Of a DNA stretch of 55,958 bases, positions 36,575 to 46,837 are shown piece after piece (positions within the stretch are counted from its first letter, which is position 1; each line of letters opens with the position of its first letter). A model generated the notes under the pieces. The model saw only the letters and a list, made by a program, of their open reading frames with translations. It searched no databases and was not told the origin of the DNA. A program made the translations under genes and the position numbers. The stretch is from Eubacteriales bacterium (lineage in GTDB: Bacteria > Bacillota > Clostridia > Oscillospirales > CAG-272): the NCBI GenBank assembly GCA_045535375.1, contig JAZSLM010000044.1:1-55958 (forward strand), written 5' to 3'.

Positions 36575-38629
36575 ATGGCAACAATCGATACCAAATCCAT
36601 TAGAAACGTAGCTCTGCTCGGACACGGCGGCTGCGGCAAGACCTCCATCGCTGAGGCTATGCTTTATCTCACCGGCGGAACCGACCGTCTCGGCAAGACC
36701 GCTGATGGCAACACTGTTTGTGACTATGATCCCGAAGAAGTAAAGAGAGGCTTCTCCATTTCCGCATCTCTTGCTCCCATTTCGTGGAAGAATATGAAGA
36801 TAAACGTTTTCGATACCCCCGGTTACCTCGACTTCGTAGGCGAAGTACACCAGTCTCTGCGTGCCGCTGACAGCGCACTTATCTGTGTTGACGCAAAGTC
36901 GGGCGTTGAGGTCGGAACCGAGCTCGCTTGGGACTATGCAACCGCTGCAGGTCTTCCCAAGGCATTCTTCATCAACAAGTGCGAAGATAACGACGCAGAT
37001 TTTGAAAAGGTATTCAACGAACTCCGCGATAACTTCGGCAACACTCTCTGCCCCGTATTCGTTCCCGTTAAGTCCGGTGACAAGGTTACCATGATCGACC
37101 TCGTTGAAATGAAGGCATTTGCATATGACGCAAAGGGCAAGAGAAGCGAAGCTCCCATGACCGACGATCTCAAGGATATCGCAGCTAACTATAAGGAAGC
37201 CTTCAACGAGGCAGTTGCAGGTACATCCGATGATCTTATGATGAAGTATTTCGACGGCGAAGAGATCACCAAGGAAGAGGCTGCTGAGGCTCTCCACCAG
37301 GGTATCTTTGAGGGCACCATCACTCCCGTTTACTGCGGTTCCGCAGTTAATATGTGGGGCATCGTTGCTATTCTCGACGCTATCGTTGAGTCCTTCCCCA
37401 GACACACTGCAAAGAAGGTTGAAATGTCCGTTGACGGCGATGACATAGAGATCGATCCCGCAGGTGCTACCAGCATTTTCATATTCAAGACTGTTGCTGA
37501 CCCGTTCGTAGGTAAGATGTCCTTCTTCAAGGTTATGAACGGTACCCTCAAGAAGGATATGACCCTCAAGAACCTTACCAACGGTACCGCAGAGAAGATG
37601 GCTCACATCTACACCGTTAAGGGCAAGACCCAGACCGAAGTTGAAGAGCTCGCTTGCGGCGATATCGGTATGATCGCAAAGCTTGCAAATACCAACACCA
37701 ACGATACTCTTGCCGACGGCTCCGACGTAGCTTACGCAAAGATCACATATCCCACTCCTTATATGAGCCAGGCTATGGTTCCCGCAACCGCAAAGGACGA
37801 GAGCAAGATCTCCCAGTCCATGGCTCGTATGCTCGAGGAAGACCTCACCCTCAAGTACGTTACCGATCCCGAGACTCATCAGATGGTTCTCTCCGGTATT
37901 GGCGATATGCACCTCGCAGTTCTCTCCGCTAAGCTCAAGGCTCGCTATGGCGTGACCATCAACCTTGAAACTCCCAAGATTCCTTACCGTGAGAAGATCA
38001 CAAAGACCGTTGATATCCACGCTCGTCATAAGAAGCAGAACGGCGGTTCCGGTCAGTTCGGTGACGTTTGGATCAAGTTCGGTCCTGGCGAAGAGCCCGG
38101 CCTTACCTTCACCGTATCCGTTGTCGGCGGCGTAGTTCCCAAGAACTTCAACCCCGCAGTTGAAAAGGGTCTTCTTGAAGCTATGGTTAAGGGCGTTGCA
38201 GGATTCCCGATGACCTACCTCGCAGCAGATCTCCACGACGGTTCCTACCACCCCGTTGACTCTGATGAAATGTCCTTCAAGACCGCTGCTATCATGGCGT
38301 ATAAGCAGTGTCTCGAGCAGGCAGCTCCCGTTCTTATGGAGCCTGTCGGCGATCTCGATATCACCGTTCCCGAGGACCTTGTTGGTGACGTTATGGGCGA
38401 CCTCAACAAGCGCCGCGGCAGCATTATGGGTATGGATCCCGCTGCAAAGAAGGGCTACACCGTTGTTCACGCAACCGCTCCCAAGTCCGAGCTCGTTGAC
38501 TACCCGATCGCTCTCCGCGCTATGTCGCAGGGCCGCGGTTCCTTCGAGTTCAACGTAACCGATTATGCAGTAGTACCCGGCAACATCTCCGCAAAGATCG
38601 TTGAAGAGTACAAGAAGTCTCTCGCATAA
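36575..38629 (+). CDS. fusA: elongation factor G-like protein (stand-alone paralogue)
   Basis: GHGGCGKTS, DTPG, KKQ.GG.GQFG, DGSYHPVDS, GDVMGDLNKRRG, QGRG; not in an rpsL-rpsG-fusA-tuf operon. Confidence 0.92.
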   Translation: MATIDTKSIRNVALLGHGGCGKTSIAEAMLYLTGGTDRLGKTADGNTVCDYDPEEVKRGFSISASLAPISWKNMKINVFDTPGYLDFVGEVHQSLRAADSALICVDAKSGVEVGTELAWDYATAAGLPKAFFINKCEDNDADFEKVFNELRDNFGNTLCPVFVPVKSGDKVTMIDLVEMKAFAYDAKGKRSEAPMTDDLKDIAANYKEAFNEAVAGTSDDLMMKYFDGEEITKEEAAEALHQGIFEGTITPVYCGSAVNMWGIVAILDAIVESFPRHTAKKVEMSVDGDDIEIDPAGATSIFIFKTVADPFVGKMSFFKVMNGTLKKDMTLKNLTNGTAEKMAHIYTVKGKTQTEVEELACGDIGMIAKLANTNTNDTLADGSDVAYAKITYPTPYMSQAMVPATAKDESKISQSMARMLEEDLTLKYVTDPETHQMVLSGIGDMHLAVLSAKLKARYGVTINLETPKIPYREKITKTVDIHARHKKQNGGSGQFGDVWIKFGPGEEPGLTFTVSVVGGVVPKNFNPAVEKGLLEAMVKGVAGFPMTYLAADLHDGSYHPVDSDEMSFKTAAIMAYKQCLEQAAPVLMEPVGDLDITVPEDLVGDVMGDLNKRRGSIMGMDPAAKKGYTVVHATAPKSELVDYPIALRAMSQGRGSFEFNVTDYAVVPGNISAKIVEEYKKSLA

Positions 38630-38646
38630 TTAACTTTTATAACAAC

Positions 38647-38674
38647 ATCGCGGCTGTTTCTTGACAGCCGCGAT
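38647..38674 (+). terminator. hairpin after EF-G-like gene
   Basis: ATCGCGGCTGT/ACAGCCGCGAT; weak T tail. Confidence 0.6.
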
Positions 38675-38691
38675 ATGATTTGAGGAAATAT

Positions 38692-39171
38692 ATGAAATAT
38701 TCGTTGTTTTCCAAAACCCGACTTATACGAATCGTGACGGCATCGCTGATGCTGTCGGTTTATATTTGCACGATATTTCTCAATTATGCATCAAGAGAAA
38801 TAACTGTTGGGAACTTTTTCGCAACTATCGTGTATTTGCTGACCATCGCGCTCTTTTCTGCCTTTGCGAGCGCAAAAAATCACCCTCCGCTGCTTGGGGC
38901 GGCAAGAGGGTGGCTTATACTGTCCGTGCTATTTTGCTTTCTGGCGGCTGTTTTTACCGCCGCAGAAGCGGAATTTACGGGATTCTTCGGTAACCTGATC
39001 GGTTACGGAATAATGCTTTTCGTTTCTCCGTATTTTGGATTGCTTTTTGTTATCGAGAACACGGTGATAGTCGGTTTGCTTTCAATGCTGGTCAGTTTTC
39101 TTTTGCTCTTTCTTCCAATGTGTCTGCAAAGAATAGCTGAAAGAAGAAAACTCAAAAAAGAGTATAAATGA
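38692..39171 (+). CDS. hypothetical membrane protein
   Basis: Highly hydrophobic ORF with GAGG RBS. Confidence 0.7.
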   Translation: MKYSLFSKTRLIRIVTASLMLSVYICTIFLNYASREITVGNFFATIVYLLTIALFSAFASAKNHPPLLGAARGWLILSVLFCFLAAVFTAAEAEFTGFFGNLIGYGIMLFVSPYFGLLFVIENTVIVGLLSMLVSFLLLFLPMCLQRIAERRKLKKEYK

Positions 39172-40089
39172 TCAAAGAACAAAAAGCTTTATCGATTTCA
39201 CCGCAAGACCGTTTTCATACTCGCGTACTTCTCCCAGCGCAAAGAAATTGCCATTTGAGTCAAGCGCTCTGAGCCTCGTTCCTACGGGGTATTCGGGGAG
39301 CTTGGCTTTTTTCAAATATATCTCGCAACCCGAACGGAAGAGCTTTTCATAGAATGTGGGAAGCTTTACAGCTTCAAGCTCGTTGAAGATTTCTTCAACA
39401 GGGCGGAGAAGAGCAAGTCGTTCTTCCGGCGTAAGTCCTTCTATCTCATCAACGCTATGCGCCTCGCTTATCGGGAAACCGCAAGCCGCGCTTCTTTCAA
39501 GACTTGCCATAGCGCCCCCACATCCGAGAGCTTTTCCAATATCCGCGCAAAGCGTGCGGATATATGTGCCGGCAGAGCATTCAACCTCAAGCCGATAATC
39601 GTTATCCTCGATATGTTCGGCAGAAATCGAATAAACCTCTATCTCTCTTGCCTCGCGCTCAACGGTGCCGCCCTCGCGAGCAATGTCGCAAAGCTTTTTG
39701 CCGCCGACTTTCAGCGCGCTGTACATAGGAGGGATCTGCTTTATCTTGCCCTTGAAAGATGCAAGAACTTCTTTTACATCCTTTTCGGTCGCGTTTACAG
39801 GATACTCGGTCAGAATATTGCCCGTTGTATCCTCGGTGTCGGTCTCAATTCCGAGGCGGAGCGTTGCAGTATATTTCTTTCTGTCAGAAAGTGAATATTC
39901 GCAAGCCTTCGCCGCACGGCCTATCAGTACGACCAGAACTCCCGTCGCCATCGGGTCGAGCGTTCCCGTGTGACCAACCTTTTTTGTTGAATAAAGACGG
40001 CGGACGCGGTTGACAATATCATGCGATGTGGGACCTTGCGGCTTGTTAATTATCAGAACACCGCAGGGCTCTTGAATGATCTCTGCCAT
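39172..40089 (-). CDS. truB: tRNA pseudouridine(55) synthase
   Basis: KP.G.TSHD, KVGHTGTLDPMATGVL, Q.PPMYSA, GTYIRTL. Confidence 0.97.
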   Translation of the reverse strand: MAEIIQEPCGVLIINKPQGPTSHDIVNRVRRLYSTKKVGHTGTLDPMATGVLVVLIGRAAKACEYSLSDRKKYTATLRLGIETDTEDTTGNILTEYPVNATEKDVKEVLASFKGKIKQIPPMYSALKVGGKKLCDIAREGGTVEREAREIEVYSISAEHIEDNDYRLEVECSAGTYIRTLCADIGKALGCGGAMASLERSAACGFPISEAHSVDEIEGLTPEERLALLRPVEEIFNELEAVKLPTFYEKLFRSGCEIYLKKAKLPEYPVGTRLRALDSNGNFFALGEVREYENGLAVKSIKLFVL

Positions 40090-40754
40090 TACTCCGCGTC
40101 CTTTACGGGAAACTTAACGTGAGCCGAGAAGATATTCTGACCCATCTCGGTAAATCTTTTCTCATATTCTGTAACGATATTGGTTGCCGCAAGTTCGCTC
40201 GCGTGCAGATCGCGGGTGTAGAATATTATCTCAAGACCGTATTCCTTGAACTGCTCGATCGACCAATCGAAGAGATCCTCGTTGTCGGTCTTGAAATGAA
40301 GCTCACCGCCGGGCACGAGAAGCTTCTCGTATCTCTGAAGGAATCCGGGCGCGGTCAGTCTGCGCTTGTGCTGACCCTTCTTAGGCCACGGGTCGGAGAA
40401 ATTGGCGTAGATACATTCAAAGGTTCCGGGCGCAAACCAATCGGTAAGATATTCAGCGTTGCCGATGATGAATCTTACGTTGTCGGGACGCTCGTCCAGA
40501 GTTGCTTTTGCTTTTTCAAGCGCAAACATGGCGACGTCGGGTACTCTTTCGAGCGCGATTATTCCGTGCTCGGGGTGCATCTTGCTCAGTCCGCGGGCAA
40601 AGTCGCCCTTGCCGCAGCCGATCTCGAGGAGCATCGGGCACTTCTTTCCGAAGATCTCCTCCTCTTTTCCGAAGCATTCTATGGGATTTTTAAGCAAAAG
40701 TTCGGCACATGCTTCAATTCTTTCTGCCGAATGCTTCTTTTTTCTCATTCGCAT
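40089..40754 (-). CDS. trmB: tRNA (guanine-N7)-methyltransferase
   Basis: EIGCGKG, NFSDPWPKK...KRRL, FKTD, TEYE. Confidence 0.97.
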   Translation of the reverse strand: MRMRKKKHSAERIEACAELLLKNPIECFGKEEEIFGKKCPMLLEIGCGKGDFARGLSKMHPEHGIIALERVPDVAMFALEKAKATLDERPDNVRFIIGNAEYLTDWFAPGTFECIYANFSDPWPKKGQHKRRLTAPGFLQRYEKLLVPGGELHFKTDNEDLFDWSIEQFKEYGLEIIFYTRDLHASELAATNIVTEYEKRFTEMGQNIFSAHVKFPVKDAE

Positions 40755-40928
40755 CTTGAAATCTCTCTTAAAATCTGCTATAATATAATATAAGTATGTT
40801 CGGATGCGGCTTTTGCCGCGATCACGACTATATTATATCACATATTTTTGAATTTTTCACCTGTTTTTTGACAAAAACAGAAAAAATTTATCAAATGCCC
40901 AAAAGTATTCAAAGATCCGGAGAATATT

Positions 40929-42086
40929 ATGAAAAAAGATGAATTTTTGAAATCCTTGCAGGCGCGCCTTGTGGAACGCGGTCTTTCCGAAGCTTCGGCT
41001 GAGAAAGAAACTGCGCACGTTCGCACATATCTTGCGGAATCGAGTATGGATGAAGTTGATATCTCGATCGATGAGATGGCGGACGGTATTCTTGCAATGC
41101 TTGAGGATAGCTCCGAGAGCGATCACGAGGATATCGACATTGCGCCCGCTCAAGAAAATGAAGAGAGCGTTTCGGACGAGCTCAGCGCCGCTATTGCAGC
41201 GATCGATTCCGATTCCGTACCCCAGGATGATGCCACTGTGCCCGAGAAAAACGAAGAAGAGGAAAAGTCCGAGCCTATCGCTATCCCGATAGTCGTTGTG
41301 CCCGAAGCCGAAGACTCCGCAGAAGAGCTTGCAGAAGAATCCGCGCAGGAAGAAATTTCCGAAGAGTCTGCACAGGAAGAGGCTGTATCCGAATCCGAAC
41401 CCGCAGAAGAACCAATAACCGAAGAACCCCCACAGCTCGAGGAAGAGCCCGAGAGCGAACCGGAACAATCCGAACCAGCTCCCTCACTTATTTACGTTCC
41501 GACTGACCCGGCTCCCGAAAAGGAAGAAAAGACAGAAGTGCCCGAGGATCCCGCCCCTGCACCGAAACCCGAAGAACAGCCGACAAGCGGTGAAGAGGAT
41601 GCGGATATAGAAAAGTATATACCGTACAATCAAAGAGCAAAAATGAAAAAAAATGATAATACCAAAAAAGGCGGAAACGAGTGGCTTTACGTATTGCTTC
41701 TCGTTGTGACGATACCTATTTCAGTAGTGCTGATTCTGGCCGCATTTGTGCTTTACCTGGGATTCTGGGTAGTTCTGGCACTCGCTATGATCGCCTGCAT
41801 CGCGGTGCTGGTGGTGTTCGTAACCGTATTTGCATTAATTGCAATCGTCGGAATAGTTTACGGCGTTGTGAAACTGATAACGGGAAACGTTCCGGTCGGA
41901 CTTTTCGAGATAGGCCTCGGAATTATGATCGGTGCTGCCGTTATGTTCATCGGCATTCTTGTTTATAATTTTGCCGTAAGATTCATTCCCTTTATTATGA
42001 AGCTTCTCGCGCGTCTTTTCCGTGCGGGATTCAGAGGAATCAAAAAGGGATATCAAGTACTGAAAGGAGCTGTGGAAGAATTATGA
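40929..42086 (+). CDS. DUF1700/HAAS-like membrane protein with long acidic linker
   Basis: MKKDEFLKSL...L N-terminus, ~190-aa Glu/Pro-rich region, hydrophobic C-terminal helices. Confidence 0.65.
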   Translation: MKKDEFLKSLQARLVERGLSEASAEKETAHVRTYLAESSMDEVDISIDEMADGILAMLEDSSESDHEDIDIAPAQENEESVSDELSAAIAAIDSDSVPQDDATVPEKNEEEEKSEPIAIPIVVVPEAEDSAEELAEESAQEEISEESAQEEAVSESEPAEEPITEEPPQLEEEPESEPEQSEPAPSLIYVPTDPAPEKEEKTEVPEDPAPAPKPEEQPTSGEEDADIEKYIPYNQRAKMKKNDNTKKGGNEWLYVLLLVVTIPISVVLILAAFVLYLGFWVVLALAMIACIAVLVVFVTVFALIAIVGIVYGVVKLITGNVPVGLFEIGLGIMIGAAVMFIGILVYNFAVRFIPFIMKLLARLFRAGFRGIKKGYQVLKGAVEEL

Positions 42087-43198
42087 AGCCCACCTCGGTA
42101 ATATTTCTTATAGTATCAATATTGCTGGCTTGCGTTGGTTTTCTGCTCTGCATAACGGCTTCTTCGCTTGCCACCGAGCAGGGAATAGGTCTCTTCACGC
42201 AGATCGGAGATGAGGACGACAACTACGTTGCAACCCAAATCTTTACCGAAGAGGACCTCAAAAAGATCGTGGTTAAAGTCAGCAACGTAAACGTCAACGT
42301 CATCGGCGGAGCAGAGGAGAGCAAGATCGAGCTCGTAAACTTTATGAACAATTCTTATAATATCCAGGCAGGCCGTTCGACCCTGCAGATCTCGGATAAC
42401 TCCGGCATCACGGGTATTATCGACCTGGAAAATTTCAAGATCAACTTCGGCGGCTTCCGCGATTATCTCCATTATATTTTCGATTACATCGAAGGAAATG
42501 AGAAAAAGGTTCAGACTCTCAACGTCTACCTCACCGATGAAGCCGATCTTGTCAACTTCAACATCACAGTCGACGACGGAGATATCACAGTTTCGAATAT
42601 GCAGACCGACTGTGACTATAAAATAGTTCTTGCAAACGGCGTCGTTGAGATCGACGGAGTAACCACAGATTCTTCCGTCCAGATCGAATCGACCGTCAGC
42701 TCGAATATCGAGATAAAGAATACCGTCACCGACGAGCTTCGTATCATGTCTCCCAAGAGCGAATGCTTTATCGAGATTTCCGAAACCACCTTCTCCCGCG
42801 CTATGTATGTTGAGGCAAAGTCCGGCGATATAGTTTATGACAGGGTCGAGGAAGATTTCGCAGGTCTTGACGTTAAGTTCGAGGCTCTCGGCAACACCAT
42901 CAGCGTGTTCGGCGAGAACTATGCGGATACCTACGTTGAATTCAACGCACCCGTTTCGGATGATCCTTCCGTGACTCCCACAGATCCCGAACCCGATGAA
43001 ACTCTTCCCGAAGAGAGCGAAACCGCCGCTCCCGAGGAAACCGAAGAACCTGCTGAAGGAGAAACTACCGCAGAGGAAGAGACCACAGAGCCCGAGGATA
43101 TCGGAGACATCGAGGACGAAGAGGATAACACCACCGTCACCATCCCCGCAAATTCGCTTACCATTATCATCGCAGAAGGTAAGATCGAGGTAAAATAA
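42083..43198 (+). CDS. DUF4097 (toast-rack/adhesin)-like exported protein
   Basis: N-terminal TM, repeated beta strands with GDI/GVV/GKI turns; overlaps upstream gene. Confidence 0.6.
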   Translation: MKPTSVIFLIVSILLACVGFLLCITASSLATEQGIGLFTQIGDEDDNYVATQIFTEEDLKKIVVKVSNVNVNVIGGAEESKIELVNFMNNSYNIQAGRSTLQISDNSGITGIIDLENFKINFGGFRDYLHYIFDYIEGNEKKVQTLNVYLTDEADLVNFNITVDDGDITVSNMQTDCDYKIVLANGVVEIDGVTTDSSVQIESTVSSNIEIKNTVTDELRIMSPKSECFIEISETTFSRAMYVEAKSGDIVYDRVEEDFAGLDVKFEALGNTISVFGENYADTYVEFNAPVSDDPSVTPTDPEPDETLPEESETAAPEETEEPAEGETTAEEETTEPEDIGDIEDEEDNTTVTIPANSLTIIIAEGKIEVK

Positions 43199-43235
43199 AA
43201 AACAATGGCTGCTCAATCGGAGCAGCCATTGTTTT
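43199..43235. terminator. bidirectional terminator
   Basis: AAAACAATGGCTGCTC/GAGCAGCCATTGTTTT. Confidence 0.85.
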
Positions 43236-43241
43236 AGGAAA

Positions 43242-44336
43242 TTATACGTTAAATCTGAAGAGGGTAACGTCTCCGTCCTTCATGACGTATTCCTTGCCCT
43301 CGCTTCGAACAAGACCTGCTTCCTTTGCGGCAGTCATACTGCCAAGGCGCATAAGGTCGTCGAAGGCAACGATCTCTGCACGGATGAATCCGCGCTCAAA
43401 GTCGCTGTGGATCTTACCTGCAGCTCCGGGAGCCTTTGTGCCCTTGCGGATGGTCCAGGCGCGGACCTCCTTGGGTCCTGCGGTCAGGAAGCTGATAAGA
43501 CCGAGAAGATCGTATCCCGCGCGGATGAGTCTGTTAAGTCCCGATTCAGCAAGTCCCATATCTTCAAGGAACATCTGCTTTTCCTCGCCGTCAAGCTCTG
43601 CAAGCTCTGCCTCAAGTCCGCCGCAGATCGAAACGATACCCGAATTCTCGCTCGCAGCAAACTCCTTGAGAGCCGCATAGTGGGGATTTTGCACGGGATC
43701 CTCTTCAAGGCTGTTCTCGTCAACGTTTGCAACGTAGATGATGGGCTTGGCGGAGAGAAGGGGCATGTCCGCAAGCATTACGCGTTCATCATCGTTCATA
43801 TCGATTCCGCGTGCTGATTTGCCGTTTTGCAGATGCTCGATGAGTCTCTCGAGAAACGCAGCCTCGGGCGCGAGCGACTTGTCTGCTTTCATTGCCTTAC
43901 GGGTGCGGTCGAGTCTTCTTTCGGCAACTTCAATGTCGGAAAGGATGAGCTCGTAGTTGATCGTTTCAACGTCGGAAATAGGGTTGACTCTTCCGTCGAC
44001 GTGGATGATGTTGTCATCCTCAAAGCAACGCACAACGTGAAGGATCGCGTCGCACTCACGGATGTGAGAAAGGAATTTGTTTCCAAGACCTTCACCCTGG
44101 GAAGCACCCTTGACAAGACCTGCAATGTCAAAGAATTCTACAACTGCGGGGGTGTACTTTTCGGGGGTATACATCTCAGCCAGCGCATCGAGTCTGGGGT
44201 CGGGCACGGGAACGACACCGACGTTCGGTTCTATAGTGCAGAAGGGGTAGTTAGCCGAGTCTGCACCGCCGCCGCAAAGGGCGTTGAAAAGCGTACTTTT
44301 GCCCACATTGGGCAGTCCAACAATACCAAGTTTCAT
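43242..44336 (-). CDS. ychF: redox-regulated ATPase YchF
   Basis: [58 protein letters not shown]. Confidence 0.98.
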   Translation of the reverse strand: MKLGIVGLPNVGKSTLFNALCGGGADSANYPFCTIEPNVGVVPVPDPRLDALAEMYTPEKYTPAVVEFFDIAGLVKGASQGEGLGNKFLSHIRECDAILHVVRCFEDDNIIHVDGRVNPISDVETINYELILSDIEVAERRLDRTRKAMKADKSLAPEAAFLERLIEHLQNGKSARGIDMNDDERVMLADMPLLSAKPIIYVANVDENSLEEDPVQNPHYAALKEFAASENSGIVSICGGLEAELAELDGEEKQMFLEDMGLAESGLNRLIRAGYDLLGLISFLTAGPKEVRAWTIRKGTKAPGAAGKIHSDFERGFIRAEIVAFDDLMRLGSMTAAKEAGLVRSEGKEYVMKDGDVTLFRFNV

Positions 44337-44572
44337 TTGTGACTCCGATAAAAAATAGTTTAGCCCTAATATTATATAATAAAATTGTGAAATTTTCAAG
44401 CAAAAGTGCAAAAAATACTAAAATTTTGCGAAAAATATGAACATTTTTTTGAAAAAAGTATTTGCAAAATCGAAATTATGTGATATAATATAAGGGAAAG
44501 TATAAAAATGCCGAAGTTTGCCCAAAATGCGCCAACCCCCGGCAAGTCCAAAAGTTAACATAGGAGGAAAAA

Positions 44573-45265
44573 ATGTATACCAAAATTCTTGTTGTCGATG
44601 ATGACAGCTACATCTGCGACCTTCTGAAAACATCCCTCGAAAAGGAAGGCTATGAGGTACGTACCGCTCCTGACGGCTACCAGGCTATAGACGTGTTTAA
44701 GAAATACGAGCCCGATCTTGTTCTCCTTGATATTATGCTTCCCGGTAAGAACGGAAAAGACGTTTGCACAGAACTTCGCAAGTTTACCAATAAGCCCATT
44801 ATTATGATCACCGCAAAGGGTGAGGTTGTCGATAAGGTAGTATGCCTTGAGCTCGGTGCCGACGACTTCGTTGTAAAGCCCTTTGATATGAGCGAGCTCT
44901 TCGCACGCATCAAGGCTGTTCTCCGTCGCTGCAATACCCACGACGATCCCGATGACGATGAAGTTATCAAGTTTGAGAACATCGAGATCAGCAAGCAGAA
45001 GTATGAGCCCAAGCTCAACGGCAAGAGCGTTGATATCCCCCCCAAGGAGCTTGAACTGCTTTACTTCTTGGCTTCCAACTATAACCGCGTATTTACCAGA
45101 GACCAGCTCCTTGACAAGGTATGGGGCTTCGATTATCTCGGCGACTCGCGTACTGTTGACGTACATGTTAAGCGCCTTCGCGAAAAGCTTGAAGGCGTAT
45201 CCGATAAATGGGTGCTCAAAACAGTTTGGGGCGTAGGCTACAAGTTTGAATTGACAGGCAACTGA
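44573..45265 (+). CDS. OmpR-family response regulator
   Basis: VVDDD, LLDIMLP, TAK, GADD..KPF, RTVDVHVKRLR, TVWGVGY. Confidence 0.96.
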   Translation: MYTKILVVDDDSYICDLLKTSLEKEGYEVRTAPDGYQAIDVFKKYEPDLVLLDIMLPGKNGKDVCTELRKFTNKPIIMITAKGEVVDKVVCLELGADDFVVKPFDMSELFARIKAVLRRCNTHDDPDDDEVIKFENIEISKQKYEPKLNGKSVDIPPKELELLYFLASNYNRVFTRDQLLDKVWGFDYLGDSRTVDVHVKRLREKLEGVSDKWVLKTVWGVGYKFELTGN

Positions 45266-45337
45266 AACTGAACCAGTATTACGCCCGGTTAATCCCCGGG
45301 CGTATGCTTTTATTAGACTTTGGGAAAGGAGAAGGAA

Positions 45338-46828
45338 ATGTTCAAAAGTATTTACGTTAAATATATCGTGACCTTTATGGTAATAATAGGTACAAGCCTT
45401 ATCCTTCTTCTTGCCATTATAGGAACGCTTGTTGACGGATATTCCGAATCTTCAAAGAACGAAGCCGTGACTGCTGCCGCGAGCTCGCTCGGGGAGGGAA
45501 TACAAGTCAAATTGCAAAAATTCGGTTCAAGCGGAAGCTTTGCCACGTTTTGCGATTATTACGAAACCGATATAGATGCACAGATCGATACTGTAAAGGC
45601 TATGGCGAATTTCCCCGTCACTGTCTTTATTGCAGACAGCGAAGGAAGCATTCTTTTGGCGCGTCCCGATGAAAACTGCGATTACGAGGACGGCTCGCAG
45701 ATACCCCGTTCGCTTATGAATGAGATAAATAACGGTGTCGAGCTTTCGGTACTCAATAATCTGGAAGGAATTTTCGATACTCCGCACGTTATCAGCGCAA
45801 CTCCGATCTATCTCCGAAACAACTATGTCTGCGGTACCGTTATCGTTTGCTGCGATATGGAATCGATCAACGATTTTGCGGAGGTCCTTATCAAAACCGT
45901 TGCTATTTCTAGTCTTTGGGTAATGCTTGCCGCACTGATCGCAATATTCTTTATCAGTGAAAGGATCATAAGCCCTCTGCGCGGCATGAGCCAGGCGGCA
46001 AAGAGCTTTGCAAAGGGAGAATTCAGTGTCCGAGTTCCCGTTGTCGGAAACGATGAGGTCGCGCAGCTCGCATCCGCATTCAACAATATGGCGCAAAACC
46101 TCGAATCGCTTGACGAAATGAGAAACAACTTCATGTCGAGCGTTTCGCACGATATGAGAACGCCTATGACCACTATCTCGGGATTCATCGACTGCATTTT
46201 AAGCGGTGCGATCCCGCCCGAAAAGCACGAGTATTATCTCAAGATCATCCGCGATGAAGTCCTCAGACTTTCACGCCTTGTTGCCAGCCTTCTCGATATC
46301 TCGAGAATTCAGGCGGGCGACCGTAAATTCGTCATGGAGCCCTTTGACATCTGCGAAATGGGCCGCCAGATCATCATATCATTTGAACAAAAGATCGATA
46401 AAAAACGCCTTGAGGTCGAATTTAACTGCGACGACGATAATATGTTCGTAACGGGCGACCACGACGCGATCTATCAGATATTCTACAACATCACCGATAA
46501 CGCCGTCAAATTTGCAAACGAAAGCGGTTTGCTCCGCATCTCGCTTACAAAAGTTGAAAATAAGAAAGTCAAGGTTGCCGTCTATAACGAGGGCGACGGC
46601 ATTCCTTATGACGACCAGCCCTATATCTTCGAGCGATTCTATAAGAGCGACCGTAGCCGCGGCAAGGATAAGAGCGGCGTTGGACTCGGTATGTTTATAG
46701 CAAAAACCATTATTGAAGCGCACCACGAGGTTATTGCACTCGAAAGCGAACCCGGCAAGTATTGCGAATTCTACTTTACTATGCCGATAACTCCCGAGGA
46801 TAAGAAACCTCAGAAATCCCGCGAATGA
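45338..46828 (+). CDS. HAMP-domain sensor histidine kinase
   Basis: 2 TM, HAMP, VSHDMRTP, NAVKF, FERFY, G.GLG. Confidence 0.96.
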   Translation: MFKSIYVKYIVTFMVIIGTSLILLLAIIGTLVDGYSESSKNEAVTAAASSLGEGIQVKLQKFGSSGSFATFCDYYETDIDAQIDTVKAMANFPVTVFIADSEGSILLARPDENCDYEDGSQIPRSLMNEINNGVELSVLNNLEGIFDTPHVISATPIYLRNNYVCGTVIVCCDMESINDFAEVLIKTVAISSLWVMLAALIAIFFISERIISPLRGMSQAAKSFAKGEFSVRVPVVGNDEVAQLASAFNNMAQNLESLDEMRNNFMSSVSHDMRTPMTTISGFIDCILSGAIPPEKHEYYLKIIRDEVLRLSRLVASLLDISRIQAGDRKFVMEPFDICEMGRQIIISFEQKIDKKRLEVEFNCDDDNMFVTGDHDAIYQIFYNITDNAVKFANESGLLRISLTKVENKKVKVAVYNEGDGIPYDDQPYIFERFYKSDRSRGKDKSGVGLGMFIAKTIIEAHHEVIALESEPGKYCEFYFTMPITPEDKKPQKSRE

Positions 46829-46837
46829 GGAGTATTA

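Noticed and set aside
33635-38470. Very long antisense ORFs (686 aa opposite metG and opposite the EF-G-like gene; similar ones opposite glnA, the FAD oxidoreductase, the ABC ATPase and pheST)
   Set aside because: They are shadows of sense genes whose codon usage avoids TTA/CTA/TCA. No RBS or recognisable motifs.
40773-40800. AT-rich stretch loosely resembling a Firmicute dif site, given xerC in the window
   Set aside because: The XerD-arm TTATGT core is not matched, and it lies in the AT-rich trmB upstream region.
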